From positions 70,246,001 to 70,310,000 of the forward strand of contig NC_059426.1 in the NCBI RefSeq assembly GCF_021028975.2: a stretch of DNA of 64,000 bases. The letters run 5' to 3'. The notes below the pieces were generated by a model that was not told the DNA's origin, ran no database searches, and saw only the letters and a list, made by a program, of their open reading frames with translations. The translations under genes were made by a program, and so were the position numbers. This document shows positions 24,362-35,401 of this stretch, in pieces. Position 1 is the first letter of the stretch. Every line of letters starts with the position of its first letter. This DNA comes from Sphaerodactylus townsendi. Taxonomy: Eukaryota.

Positions 24362-24765
24362 TATATTCCTGTTTCTCTTCAGAGCTGCAAAACAGAACAT
24401 GCAAAGGTAGATGTATAATTTTTTCATACTGCATGTGTCTAAGCTATGGAATGTATAGCACTGACTTGGGAAAGTTTAAAAGACAGTTTGACAAATCCAT
24501 TAATATGTTGATCAAATGTTAGTTCCCTTTCCAATACAGTATAATATTAGTTGTTGGTAGTCATCTGGCAGTGGGTGCACTATCATGCATTCTTTGTAGA
24601 GCTGCTCAAGAACGTGATTTGGGTCAATGTGATTAGACACAGGTATTGTGTGCCTTTTTGGAGCATAGGGGCTATATCCCACAGGCATACCAAGGTTTAC
24701 ACCGCAAAATTCTGCAAAAGTAAATAGGATTTTTTTTTTGCATAAACTGGTCATAATTTACAAGG

Positions 24766-25046
24766 AAGAAATTGATTTTTGTTCTGCTATGCAGTTCACC
24801 AGCATTTTTGGGGGCAACCACTGAGGAATAACAGATATCCAGGAAAGATAGATTACTGAGGAAGAAATATGTTAGTGTGTGAAGGTGAGAACTTGTATTA
24901 ATTAGTATATTCACTGCAAGATTTTCCATCAAGCAGATAGTGTAGATGATAAGAAATATCACAAAAAGAATTAGTTGCAGTACAGGATCTTGTGTTAATT
25001 CCACAAATATGAACTTGGTGATCACTGTTTGATTTCCTTCAGGCAT
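24766..25046 (-). pseudogene. Truncated OR pseudogene (N-terminus to TM2); paralog of 49811-50788
   Basis: MPEGNQT...; GN changed to EN, PMY changed to LTY, frameshift after VVAPK; homology stops abruptly at ~24766. Confidence 0.92.
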
Positions 25047-25557
25047 TTCATCCAAAGTGCATTACCTGCATGGAATAGATTTCTTTTAGAAGGTTGTATG
25101 TATTGTAATGGAAGAAGTTATAGATTACCTTGCCACACTTCCAACTACTTTGATCCTTTTTGGGTGGAGGAAAAGGCAGACTATAAATGTGTTAATAAAT
25201 GTATAAATACAAAGATGGGAATTTGGACAATGTATATCGAACAACTGGAATGCCTTACCTTCTCAAGAGATTCAGTTTATTTTTGTGATAGTCATATTTG
25301 CTTTCTTTTGAATCATTTGTATATTCGTTCCAGCCTAACATTATTGTTTGTCATTTTTTAAATAAATATAATACTAAAAAAATTGCATTTGTGATACTCA
25401 AAGTGACTGCTTTATTACTATTCATCTCAAAGGGATTACAGCATTGGACTGAAAGAGATTCTGAAAGGAGGATGCATGTTTTCAAGTCTACCTAGTAAAT
25501 TTTGTCCTGACCTGGACAGGCCAGGTAAGCTCAATTTCATCAAATCTTTGACACTAA

Positions 25558-26057
25558 CAGTGCAATCCAAAGTTGGGGACCTGAAACCATTTAGGAGGTG
25601 GTGTGATACCAGCACTGGCATCAGTGCCTCTTGCACTGGAATAAGGAACATTTATGCTGGCACCCATGCACTTATGCCAGTACCAGGGATTGCCATGGGA
25701 ACACCACATATGGAAACCACTGCAGCCACTGCCACAGTGTACCTATGGCGCAGGATTTTGTGCCAGCACTAAATAGGGTGTTCCGGGGGGGGGGGGGTAA
25801 GGACGTTAGTCAGCTTCCTGAGCCCTTTCAACCTGGAAACACCCATATCTGCCAGCATAAACTTACATGACAAAAAGGTAGTTGCAGCCCCTGGTGCTTC
25901 ATAGTTCCAGGGTGGTTGGGGGAACATCCCTGTTGACTTTTTAGCCATATAGCAGCATTTTTCTCAGAAGGTGGCTTCACTGTGCCATGTCTGTGCCATT
26001 CACAGCAATGGTGCCGCAACCTCCCCCCCCCCCCCCCCCACCCAGCAGATTGCACTG
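25558..26057. mobile_element. PIF/Harbinger-like MITE (500 bp)
   Basis: TIR CAGTGCAATC / GATTGCACTG, 3-bp TAA TSD; absent at the paralogous site (~51355). Confidence 0.8.
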
Positions 26058-26152
26058 TAAACAGGGTTGGCCCTGGTTGGTATTTGGATGGGAGAACACC
26101 AAGGAATACCAGAATTGCTAGATGCAGCCAGCCAATGGCAAATCACCTCTTA

Positions 26153-26635
26153 GGCCCTTTCCGCACAGGTGGAATAGAGCATCACAGGGACAGCAAAAAC
26201 GCTGTCCCTGGGGAGGTGCCCCCGATGCCCAGGCTGCATGGAAATGCCCCTTTTGAACCTCACTCCACAAGCAAGGTTTTTCAAAAGGGGCGCCTTCCAG
26301 CCACTGCCGTGCGAATGGCAGCGGCTGGAAGGCGGAGTTTACCTCCCGCCTCCCACAACCGGCTTACCTTCTCCTGCTGGCTCCCGTCATACTGTGGAGG
26401 CCAGGAGATATGCCCCCTGGCCTTCATCTTCAGATCCATCATTCTGGCCAGGGGTGTGTGTCCCCTGGCCTTCACAATGCGACAGGAGCCAGCAGGAGCA
26501 GGTAAGCCGGTTGGGGAAGGCGCAGCCTGTGTGAAGGCTACGCCTTCCCCTGTGCCCCTACCGGGACCGTCTGTGCAAACGCCTCCCATAATTTATGGCG
26601 ATGCACCCCCACTCAGTGCCCATGCGGACAGGGCC
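26153..26635. mobile_element. PIF/Harbinger-like MITE (483 bp)
   Basis: TIR GGCCCTTTCCGCA / TGCGGACAGGGCC; absent at the paralogous site (~51448); TSD imperfect. Confidence 0.75.
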
Positions 26636-26719
26636 AATGTGTCTCTGGCCTTGGAAACTCTATGTAGTCACCATAATTTGGCTGCCCTTGACAGCAAAAA
26701 AAAAAGGGGGGGGGAATTT

Positions 26720-26905
26720 TTACCCTATTCCCCTTGGAAAATGCTCATAGACTTGTACATGGTCCTGCATTCCCCACAGTACTCTTACACCAACCCCATG
26801 AAGTAGGTTAGGTTGTCATTAGATTCATGACTGCATGGGGATCTGGACCTGGCTCTCCCAGGCCCTAGGCCTGCAGGTTAATCCTTAAACCATACTGGCT
26901 GTCTC
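26720..26905 (-). mobile_element. Degenerate tRNA-derived SINE
   Basis: caaccccatgaagtaggttagg...accatactggct; paralogous remnant at ~51515-51635. Confidence 0.5.
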
Positions 26906-28754
26906 TAATATATGCCAAAGACACTGGTATGTAGGTATGTATTGACCAGTACATGTAGTTATTTCTAGTCAGACTGTCTTGTGAGGAGACATACACTTAG
27001 GTGACCTCAAGAAAAGTTCTACAATCATCCCAGCCCTTTTGCATGCCTGGTGCTTCCCTAAAATACAAAGAAATGAAAAGAGGCAAGAAGCAGAACCCCA
27101 TACTCCCTTCATGTTTGGATTTGTCTGTATAATCCTTTCAAACCAGTATACTCCTACTCTAGGCATTCTTTTTAAGGCATTCATTCTTTGTTGAAAACCA
27201 TATTGAAAACCATGTCTTTCACATTATTTCATAATTCATGTATGTTTTTTGCTGTGTTTTCCCATTTCATTGTTAAACTGAAATACGCTGGCATACTCAA
27301 GGCTTCTCAGGGGCATTCAAGTCCATATTACTTTGGACTTGGGTTTTTCACATTCAAACCCAATTTTGTCCATGGCATCATAAGCACACCGTGAACTGTA
27401 AAAACTGAAGGAACGAACTGAAAGAAAGAAACAGGACTCATTTTGAGCATACCAACCATTTTTCACCCAACAATTCCATATCCAACTTTTCTACTACGTT
27501 ATTTAGAGCAATTCATTGTCTAGTCTTTGAGACCAACCTACTTCTACAATTTCTTTCACATATGACCTTCTGAAAGAACTACACATAATACTAAGAATTA
27601 CTGACTGTTTTAGAGAATTCAGCTCTCAAGTTATCACCAAGCACTTAGAAGGCCACAGAGCATGACTGTGGGCTGTTATTTGTTAGTGGATCCCAAGTTG
27701 CACACATCCATAGTATGCACTCTAAATCCAACAACACCTAATCCATTTGTTCTGTTCCTACACTGGTATCTTCCACATGAGTCATTCTTATAATAATCTG
27801 TTCATCTCACCTGTGAAGAGGCTTCTAAAAATTCTGCTTGGATACTATACAAACAGTGCATTCCCACAGTGTTTTATTTGTTCAAAAACCTCATGGGATT
27901 AAGTCACTGAAGACTTTCAGAACTTCATTTCTCATCACAGCTCTTCAGAAAAAATTAATAATTATATGCATAAGTGCTTTGATTTATCTATATAATTACC
28001 TGGTATATAGCTTCAATATTTGCAGTGCTAACATAATACATTCTGAAGTTGATACAGTTTGTTGATTTTTAAGATGACATTTACTAGACCATTTATTAAT
28101 AACAGCAGAAGTATCTGACAAAATTTATCAATATGGTAAAGAAAGGTTTTCTTTAGATAAGGATAGATTTATAGAAATATATCCCGGGAAACTGCTGTGA
28201 TTTAACTAAAAAGCCCATTGATTATTTCAGACATTTGGAAGGTATGTACATCACAGGAGGTTAGCCCCATTTCCCCAAGCCTCTAAAAGCAAGGGAGCAC
28301 GATATTCTGAGGCTGGAGTTACTGATTTATGGAGGATAGATCTGTCATTGGCTATTAATCATTGTAGCCAAATTGGGCCACAGGCATTCTGCCTCTGTTA
28401 GTCAAATGTAGAAGATCAGTCAGCAGGTGAATGTTATTGTCTAAAAACCCTGCTTGTGGTCTACTAAACGGGCTTCCCCGTGATATCCAAATGGTCACTA
28501 TATAAAATAGCATACAGCCATAGATAGGCCACCAATCTGATTCAGCATGGCTAGTTTTAAGTTCTCCATCAGATAAGCAAATACTTATAATAGTGTTGGA
28601 AATACATTGAAGTTCAGCATATTCTCAGTAGATTTGTTGCTGTTAAAAATGAAATGCCCTTGAATGCAAACAGAGTTTGTACCCACAACCTTTGCCTTTG
28701 AGTGTCTGAATCTATAGCTGAGCTTCTGCAGAAATCACTGTTGTGTGTGTTAAG

Positions 28755-29025
28755 TGCTATCAACTCACTTTTGACTCATGCTGGTCCTGTGAAATAATAT
28801 CCTCCGCAATGTCCTATCATTAACAGCCTTGCTCAGGTATTGCAAACTGAGGCCCATGGCTTCCTTTATAGAGTCATTACATCTCACATTGGGTCTTCCT
28901 CTTTTCCTGCTGTCTTCAATTTTTCCTAGCATTATTGTCTTTTCTACTTTTCCTAGCATTATTGTCCTGTCTTCTCATTATGTGACCAAAGTACAATAGC
29001 CGCAGTTTAGTCATTTTAAGTTCCT
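28755..29025 (-). mobile_element. RTE/BovB-like LINE 3' end
   Basis: Minus strand encodes EKTIMLGKIE.SRKRGRP; matches 9840-10020. Confidence 0.8.
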
Positions 29026-29459
29026 CAGGTAAGATAAGAAGATAAGATAAGAAGCATTTGTTGTCATTGTGCACACACAACGAAATTTACAAGCATTCCC
29101 CGATGCACACTATTTCAGACCTCACACCCCATCCTCACATTATTTATTAAACTTGCTATTCCGCCCACCCCCGAAGGGCTCTGGGAGGTTTACATTCAGA
29201 TGGTTTCAACTTAGTGCATTGGATCTTTTCATGTACTGATGACAAAAGGAATCCCACCTATAGTTTCATTAACATTCTCCTGTTCTTCCCAATACAAGAT
29301 TTACACTGAAAGAAAGGGAGGGGAAGGAGAGGGTGGATTTGGGAGGCAAGTGATGCTGGACAAAACCCGTAGCTGCCTCAGCCAAAGACTTGATGCGAGA
29401 AGCACAGATGGTGAAGCACAGAATGAATATGTGCTGTTACCGGGGTTCTGTAAAGACTC

Positions 29460-30590
29460 TCCCCACCACGTTTGGAACCAGCTGTAACTTTCAGAGCCGT
29501 ATCAAGGGCAGGCCAGCATAGTGTGAGTTACAGTAATCCAACCTGGAGTTGACCTTTGCATGGCTCACTGTGGCTAGGTCCAAATGAGACAGAGAAGGGA
29601 CCAACTGCCTAGCCTGGTGAAGATGGAAAAAAGCTACCTTGGTTGTATGTGTGACCTGGACCTCCAATGACAAGAAGGGCTCCAAGAACACATCCAGTTT
29701 TTTTGATGGAAGGAGCACGTGATAATGTCACTTTATCCAAATTCTGCAGTTGGAAACTCCCAACTAGCCTTCCTCAGCCCAGTCACAGAACCTCCATCTT
29801 CAATGGATTCAATTTCAGTTTGCTCTTTTTCAACCATTCTACCATGCCCTCCAGACATCCAGCCAGTAAATCAGGGGCAGTGGCTAGTTGGCCCTCCATC
29901 AGCAAATAGAGCTGGGGGTCATTGGCTTAATGGTGGCAACCCAGTCCAAAGCTTTGGACCAGCTGAGTCAGGGGTGATATATTTGTATTGGATAATGGTG
30001 AGGGGATCGCTCCCTGTGGACCCCCACAAAGCATGGCATGTTGCTGGGATATCCTCTCCCCTCATAATCATAATGGTCATAATCAGTTGTGTCAAATGCT
30101 GCTGTAAGCTCCAGTAACAACAGTAATGCTGACCTGCTGAAGTGGGAGTGCATGGTCTCCATCCCACAGCCAGGCCAGGAACTAGACTGAAATGGATCCA
30201 AAGCCAAGATATCATCCAAGAACACCTGGAGCTGCTCAGTTACCATTCGGTTACCTTATCCAGGAATGGTAAATTCAATATTGACTAAATCAAGTAGCTC
30301 CAATGATTTCTTTAAAGGGCAGTCTTAACACTGCCTCTTGTAGCCTCATTTCCAAAAGGGGATGCCACACTCTGTCACCACTGGCTTTAACCAACTGCAA
30401 TAAGCATGGATGAAGAAGAGAAGTGGTAGGCTTATTCTGTCCACATTGGCTTGGGATCGAAATGGTCCAATGTAGGACCAGAAGATGGCCAAGGGGCCTC
30501 CAGTTCCTTTACTGTATCAACGTTTTCCAGGAGGTCATGGCAGAGTGGCAACACTTTATTCACAACAAAAGCTTGCAAAAGCCTCACAGC
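29460..30590 (-). mobile_element. Degenerate L2/CR1-clade LINE (RT region)
   Basis: LDPFQS, L.LTAAFDT, SRLDYCNS..AGLP motifs in broken frames. Confidence 0.8.
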
Positions 30591-30989
30591 TAATGGCTGA
30601 ATCACCAATCTTTTTAGACCCTTCTGTGAGGGATGTAATTACCCTGAATAATTGTACTATGCATGAGCTAGCAGAAGCAATGGAGGCAACACAGAATTTC
30701 TTGTTAGCAACCTTCATTTCTATCTCATAGGATTTCATGAATGACCTATAAAATACTCTTGCAGCTTAGTCATGGATTTGCCACCAAACTTGCTTTAGTT
30801 GTCCATTTCATGAGCCACTGTTCCCCAGAAAGCCAGGTTGGCACAAGGACAAAGAGAACATCAGGAAGCAATCTCATCTGTGGCTTCAGAGAGCTGGACA
30901 TGCCAGTCAAGAAAATTGCTGGGGGCATTGGATCCCACATAGCATTCTGGAAACTAATAGGATGCATAGATCTCCAAGGGCAGGCATAA

Positions 30990-32235
30990 AAGGGAGGTGT
31001 ATTGAAACTCAGCTGGGCCTGCAGGGCAAAGTGATCCGCCCATTGCAGTCTATGTATAGTTATCAGATCTACATTCATATTAAAAAAAATGGGCCATTTT
31101 TTCATGTGATGCATTTATAAATAGATAAGGAAATGTTAGATTTTTGGAAAGACCCTTCGAAATACTAAGGATTAAATAGTTACCAAATTTATTGGTGTTA
31201 CGGTACAATTATGTTGCTAGATACTTTTTATAGGAATTAGTAAAGCAAACAATTTTAAGAGTGTCTACTGAGACATTAATAATAACCTGGTTTACTTTTT
31301 ATATATGAAATGTATTTGAGAAATATATATATATATGAAAAATTGATTTATTTCTTCATAATTATTGGATTTGCAAAAAGACAACAAAATTGTGGATATT
31401 AATTTATACTGAGACTCCAAAAACACTAATGATCCATTATAACCAGGTCTTAAAAGCAAAGATGTTAGGGAACAATGATCTTACAAGATACGTTTTCATA
31501 ACAGTTAACAGTAATAAAAAATACAGGGGTACTTGCTGAGAGAGCTAAGAAAAACTTGACTCATTTTTATATATATGATGGATATATTAAAAGACAACAT
31601 TTTTATTATTAATTTATGCTAAAACCTTCAGAATTATCAAAGATTAATCTTCAGGTGGGTCTTAAAAACAAAGGCTTTATGATACAAATATTCTGTTAAG
31701 TATCTTTCGGTTAAATTTATTGGAACAACAGTAAGAACTAATTTTACATTTACTAGTTGTAGAAAGAGTTTTGTTGCCTTTACTTTGGGAATATGAAAGA
31801 AGAATTGTAAAGATAATGTGAGGGAATATATATGACTAAAACAGACTAATTTAATGAATAGAAGATCTGAACATAATCCAAAAGTAGAATGGGAATCTTA
31901 TATTAATAATTTCTTAATGCATACTAATATTAAGCTTATGTTCTGCTAATATAGTTGTGAAATATATGAACACAAATTATTGTTTCTTTAGTATATGTAG
32001 CTTTCTATTATATATAGATGATCATAAATAATTCTAGATGAATTAGTTACATGAATATGACAATATGTAGCAGTTAGTAAACTAATGTATTAAGATACAC
32101 TTTTCTATTTTGAATGTAATTGATGTTCTTTCAGTTTTACAAGCTATTAACACAGATCCTCCTATTGTTCTTACTGTATCCCCCCTTTCCCCTCTCTTTT
32201 TAATATATAGAAAAATAAACAAAATTAAAAATATA
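30990..32235 (+). mobile_element. Probable degenerate L1/Tx1-like LINE 3' portion
   Basis: Very AT-rich, A-biased tract ending in a pyrimidine run, AATAAA and an A-rich tail; no clear protein motif. Confidence 0.4.
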
Positions 32236-33364
32236 TCTAGTTTCAACCCATAGTTCTTTTGGTCACATCCACTTGAATTAATGCAAATTTGTTCTTTATG
32301 TGGTCTTTAAACTCTTAAGGAAAGTTGCTTTCATTATATTTTGGCAGTATGTATGTGTTAGTACATTTCTTCATCTTTATTCTGTACCACAGTTGACTCC
32401 TGATCTTGTTTTAGCAGAGAGAATAGAGCTTCTCCATTTTCTAGTTGTAATTATGCAACCTATAAGAAATTATGCAATCTACTCACAAGAAACTTGCAAG
32501 AGCAGCTATTCCATTCTACCACCACCACCACCCTAACCTTGCTTTCTCTCCTTTCCTCTGTGCCTATCATTTCCTGTCTATTTCTGCCCCACCCCATCAC
32601 ACTCTCTTTCTGTCCCCATTACCCTCCTTGGCTTCCACCTGTTTCCTCTCCCTCTCCCACGACAGCAGTGGTTGCAGCAGCACTCCCAGCCACCCACCTG
32701 CTTCCTCTCCTCGCACAACAACAGTGATGGTATCAGCTTTCCCAGAATCAAAATGGATCACTCGGCCAAAGAGATCAGTTTCCTAAGGGTTGCCAGCTCT
32801 GGACTGGGAAATCCCTGGAGATTTGGGGATGGAGCATTAGGAGGAGAAAGGAGAGAGAATCAACCTCAGCAGAGTATAATGCCATACAGTCTCCAAAGCC
32901 ATTTTCTTCAGGGGAAATTATATGTGTCATCTGGAAACCAGTTGGAAATCTGGGTGATCTCCAGCCATCATCTGGAGGTTTTGACAAAATAATGGGGAGT
33001 TAGAACAACTACAGTAAAAAGAAGTAAAATTGCACACTGAAAAACTTGCAGTCACACGACTGAATACCTTAAAAATGACTAAAAATAATTTAATACTATA
33101 AACATAAAGATAAAGTGCTATTTACAACAAGGGTTTTTTCCTCCAGCTTTAAATCAGCCACATCCACAAACATAGCAGTATGTGAATTCAAGTCAATTCA
33201 CTGAGAGTCCATTAAATCACTCTAAAAGAGCCAAGGTGTCCTCAAACAGCATGCAATTAGTATACTTTTCAAATGCTGTGGATTCTCTAATTTAACATTA
33301 CAACCATTCAGATAACTCCTAAAAAAGTGGAAGATTTTTATAAACTACCTTCCTGATTCTCTAA

Positions 33365-33494
33365 GAAAGATTCCGAATGGGCCAAAAACATGCTGTGTGA
33401 AAGCGGTGTGGAAATGGTGTAAACCCTTTTACACCATTTTAAACCCTTTTACACCGTTTTCACTCTGCTGTTTTTGGCCCATGTGGAATCCGCC
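33365..33494. mobile_element. Small palindromic MITE (Harbinger-like)
   Basis: gattcc..atgggccaaaaaca pairs with tgtttttggcccat..ggaatc; inner ggtgt/acacc repeats. Confidence 0.7.
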
Positions 33495-33829
33495 AAAGTT
33501 TCCAGTCCATTTATTCAGAATGAGAGCTTTTTCTGATAGCGATTGGATAAAACTGTGAATGATGCATTTCTACTGTTCCTATCTATCTAGGAAACTCTGG
33601 GAACTATACATTTCTAAGCTAGAAATGTATGCTACTGAACTTTCAGCACTCACACAATTGTACGATTTCAAGGATTTGTCCAGACATTATGAACTTATCA
33701 CAAAGCAATATCAGTTTGCAAAACAGATATGTCCATTTGTGCCATGAACTGAAGTCAAACAATCTTTTCATTATTTTCTACACGTAGCTACATTTAGACA
33801 GAAAAAATAAAATGCACAGAAATAGGATG

Positions 33830-34430
33830 GGTGACACCTGGCTTGACAACAGTACATGTAAAAGGGATTTGAGAGTCATAGTAGACCACAAACTGAACAG
33901 GAGTCAGCAGTGTGATGCGGAAGCCAAGAAAGCCATGCAATTCTGGGGTGAATCCATAAGAGTATAGTGTCTAGATCAAGAGAAGTAATTGTACCACTCT
34001 ACTCTGCATTGGTCAGACCTCACTTAGAGTACTGTGTTCAGTTCTGGACACCACAATTTATGAAGGAAATTGACAAATTGGAACAAGTCCTGAGGAGGTC
34101 AAATGGCCCTAGGAGGAGTGGCTTAGGGAGTTAGGTATGTTTAGTCTGGAGAAGAGAAGGTTTAGGAGTGTCATGGTAGCCATGTTTAGATATTTGAAGG
34201 GATGTCATGTTGAAGGTGCAGGAAAAAAGATTCCACCTAAACATTAGGAAGAACTTCCTGACAGTAAGGGCTGCACAACAGTGGAAAACGCTGCCTCATA
34301 GGGTGGTGTAATCTCCTTCTTTGGAGGGTTTCACACTGAGGTTGGATGACCATATGTCAAGAGTCCTTTGTGTATTCCTGTATGGCAGGGGGGTGGCCCT
34401 CGTAGTCTTTTCCAACTCTATGATTCTTTG
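33830..34430 (+). mobile_element. CR1 LINE 3' end
   Basis: Encodes [17 protein letters not shown]; ends with the CR1 terminus ttccaactctatgattct. Confidence 0.9.
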
Positions 34431-34465
34431 ATCTGTGTTACTATGTCAAATCTGTACCTTAATAA

Positions 34466-35401
34466 TTACAAGGTTTTCTTCAGAACTCTCATAAAAGCCT
34501 CCTTTACATGCTTATTCCTCAGGCTGTAGATCAAGGGGTTAAGCATGGGGATGACCACCGTGTAGAACAAGGAGGCCACTTTGTCTTGTTCCAATGCATA
34601 CTTGGAGCTAGGTCGCAAATACATAAAGAAAATTGTCCCATAAAATAAGCTAACAACCATCAGGTGGGAAGTACAAGTTGAAAAGGCCTTATGTCTGCTT
34701 TCAGTGGAACGAATTTTCAACACAGTGGCCAAAATACAGACATAGGAAATTACAATAATCACTGTAGTGCCTATACAATTTATACTAACTTGAGTAAATA
34801 TTACTATTTCATTAATGTGAGTATCAGAGCAAGAAAGTTGTAGGAGTGGGGGAATATCACAGTAATAATGATTGATCACATTTGGCCCACAAAAGGTCAA
34901 AGTAAAGGTGAACAGAGTATGTAAAACTGCATAGAAAATCCCCAGGACAAATGAACCAGATATTAGCCTAAAACACATTTTCCTTGACATTAGGACAGCA
35001 TAATGCAGAGGCTTACAAATAGCCACATATCGGTCATATGCCATCACAGCCAATAGGATGCATTCACTACTACCACATATAACAAACATAAACATTTGAG
35101 TTGCGCAGTCAGAAACCCCAATAGTTTTCTTCTCTACAGAGAGATCCATCAATATTCTGGGAGTAATAGTAGAGGAATAATTAACATCCACAAAAGCCAA
35201 ACTACTAAGAAAGAAATACATGGGAGTGTGTAACTGTGAGTCTGCCTTGATTAAAATGATCAAACCCAGATTTCCCACCAGGGTGGTAACATAGATAAGT
35301 AGAAACAAGATGAACAAAGGCAGCCTTAACTCAGGTCGATTTGTGATTCCTAATAGAACAAACTCAGTGATGGCAGTGTGATTGAAAATTGGTGTTTCCA
35401 T
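34466..35401 (-). CDS. Olfactory receptor, class II, family 5/8-like (311 aa)
   Basis: METPIFNHT; [45 protein letters not shown]. Confidence 0.96.
   Translation of the reverse strand: METPIFNHTAITEFVLLGITNRPELRLPLFILFLLIYVTTLVGNLGLIILIKADSQLHTPMYFFLSSLAFVDVNYSSTITPRILMDLSVEKKTIGVSDCATQMFMFVICGSSECILLAVMAYDRYVAICKPLHYAVLMSRKMCFRLISGSFVLGIFYAVLHTLFTFTLTFCGPNVINHYYCDIPPLLQLSCSDTHINEIVIFTQVSINCIGTTVIIVISYVCILATVLKIRSTESRHKAFSTCTSHLMVVSLFYGTIFFMYLRPSSKYALEQDKVASLFYTVVIPMLNPLIYSLRNKHVKEAFMRVLKKTL

Larger units (their letters stand above)
25520..26700 (+). mobile_element. 5S rRNA-headed SINE with RTE/BovB-like tail, interrupted by two MITEs
   Basis: 5S-like taa.cagggt.ggccctggtt.gta.ttggatgggaga..cc..ggaatacc, then gcaatggcaaa.cacctct; uninterrupted paralog at ~51330-51500. 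Confidence 0.75.

Noticed and set aside
25982-26806. 274-aa ORF as a novel gene
   Set aside because: It has a non-ATG start and crosses a MITE end, SINE pieces and a second GC-rich MITE; there is no domain signal.
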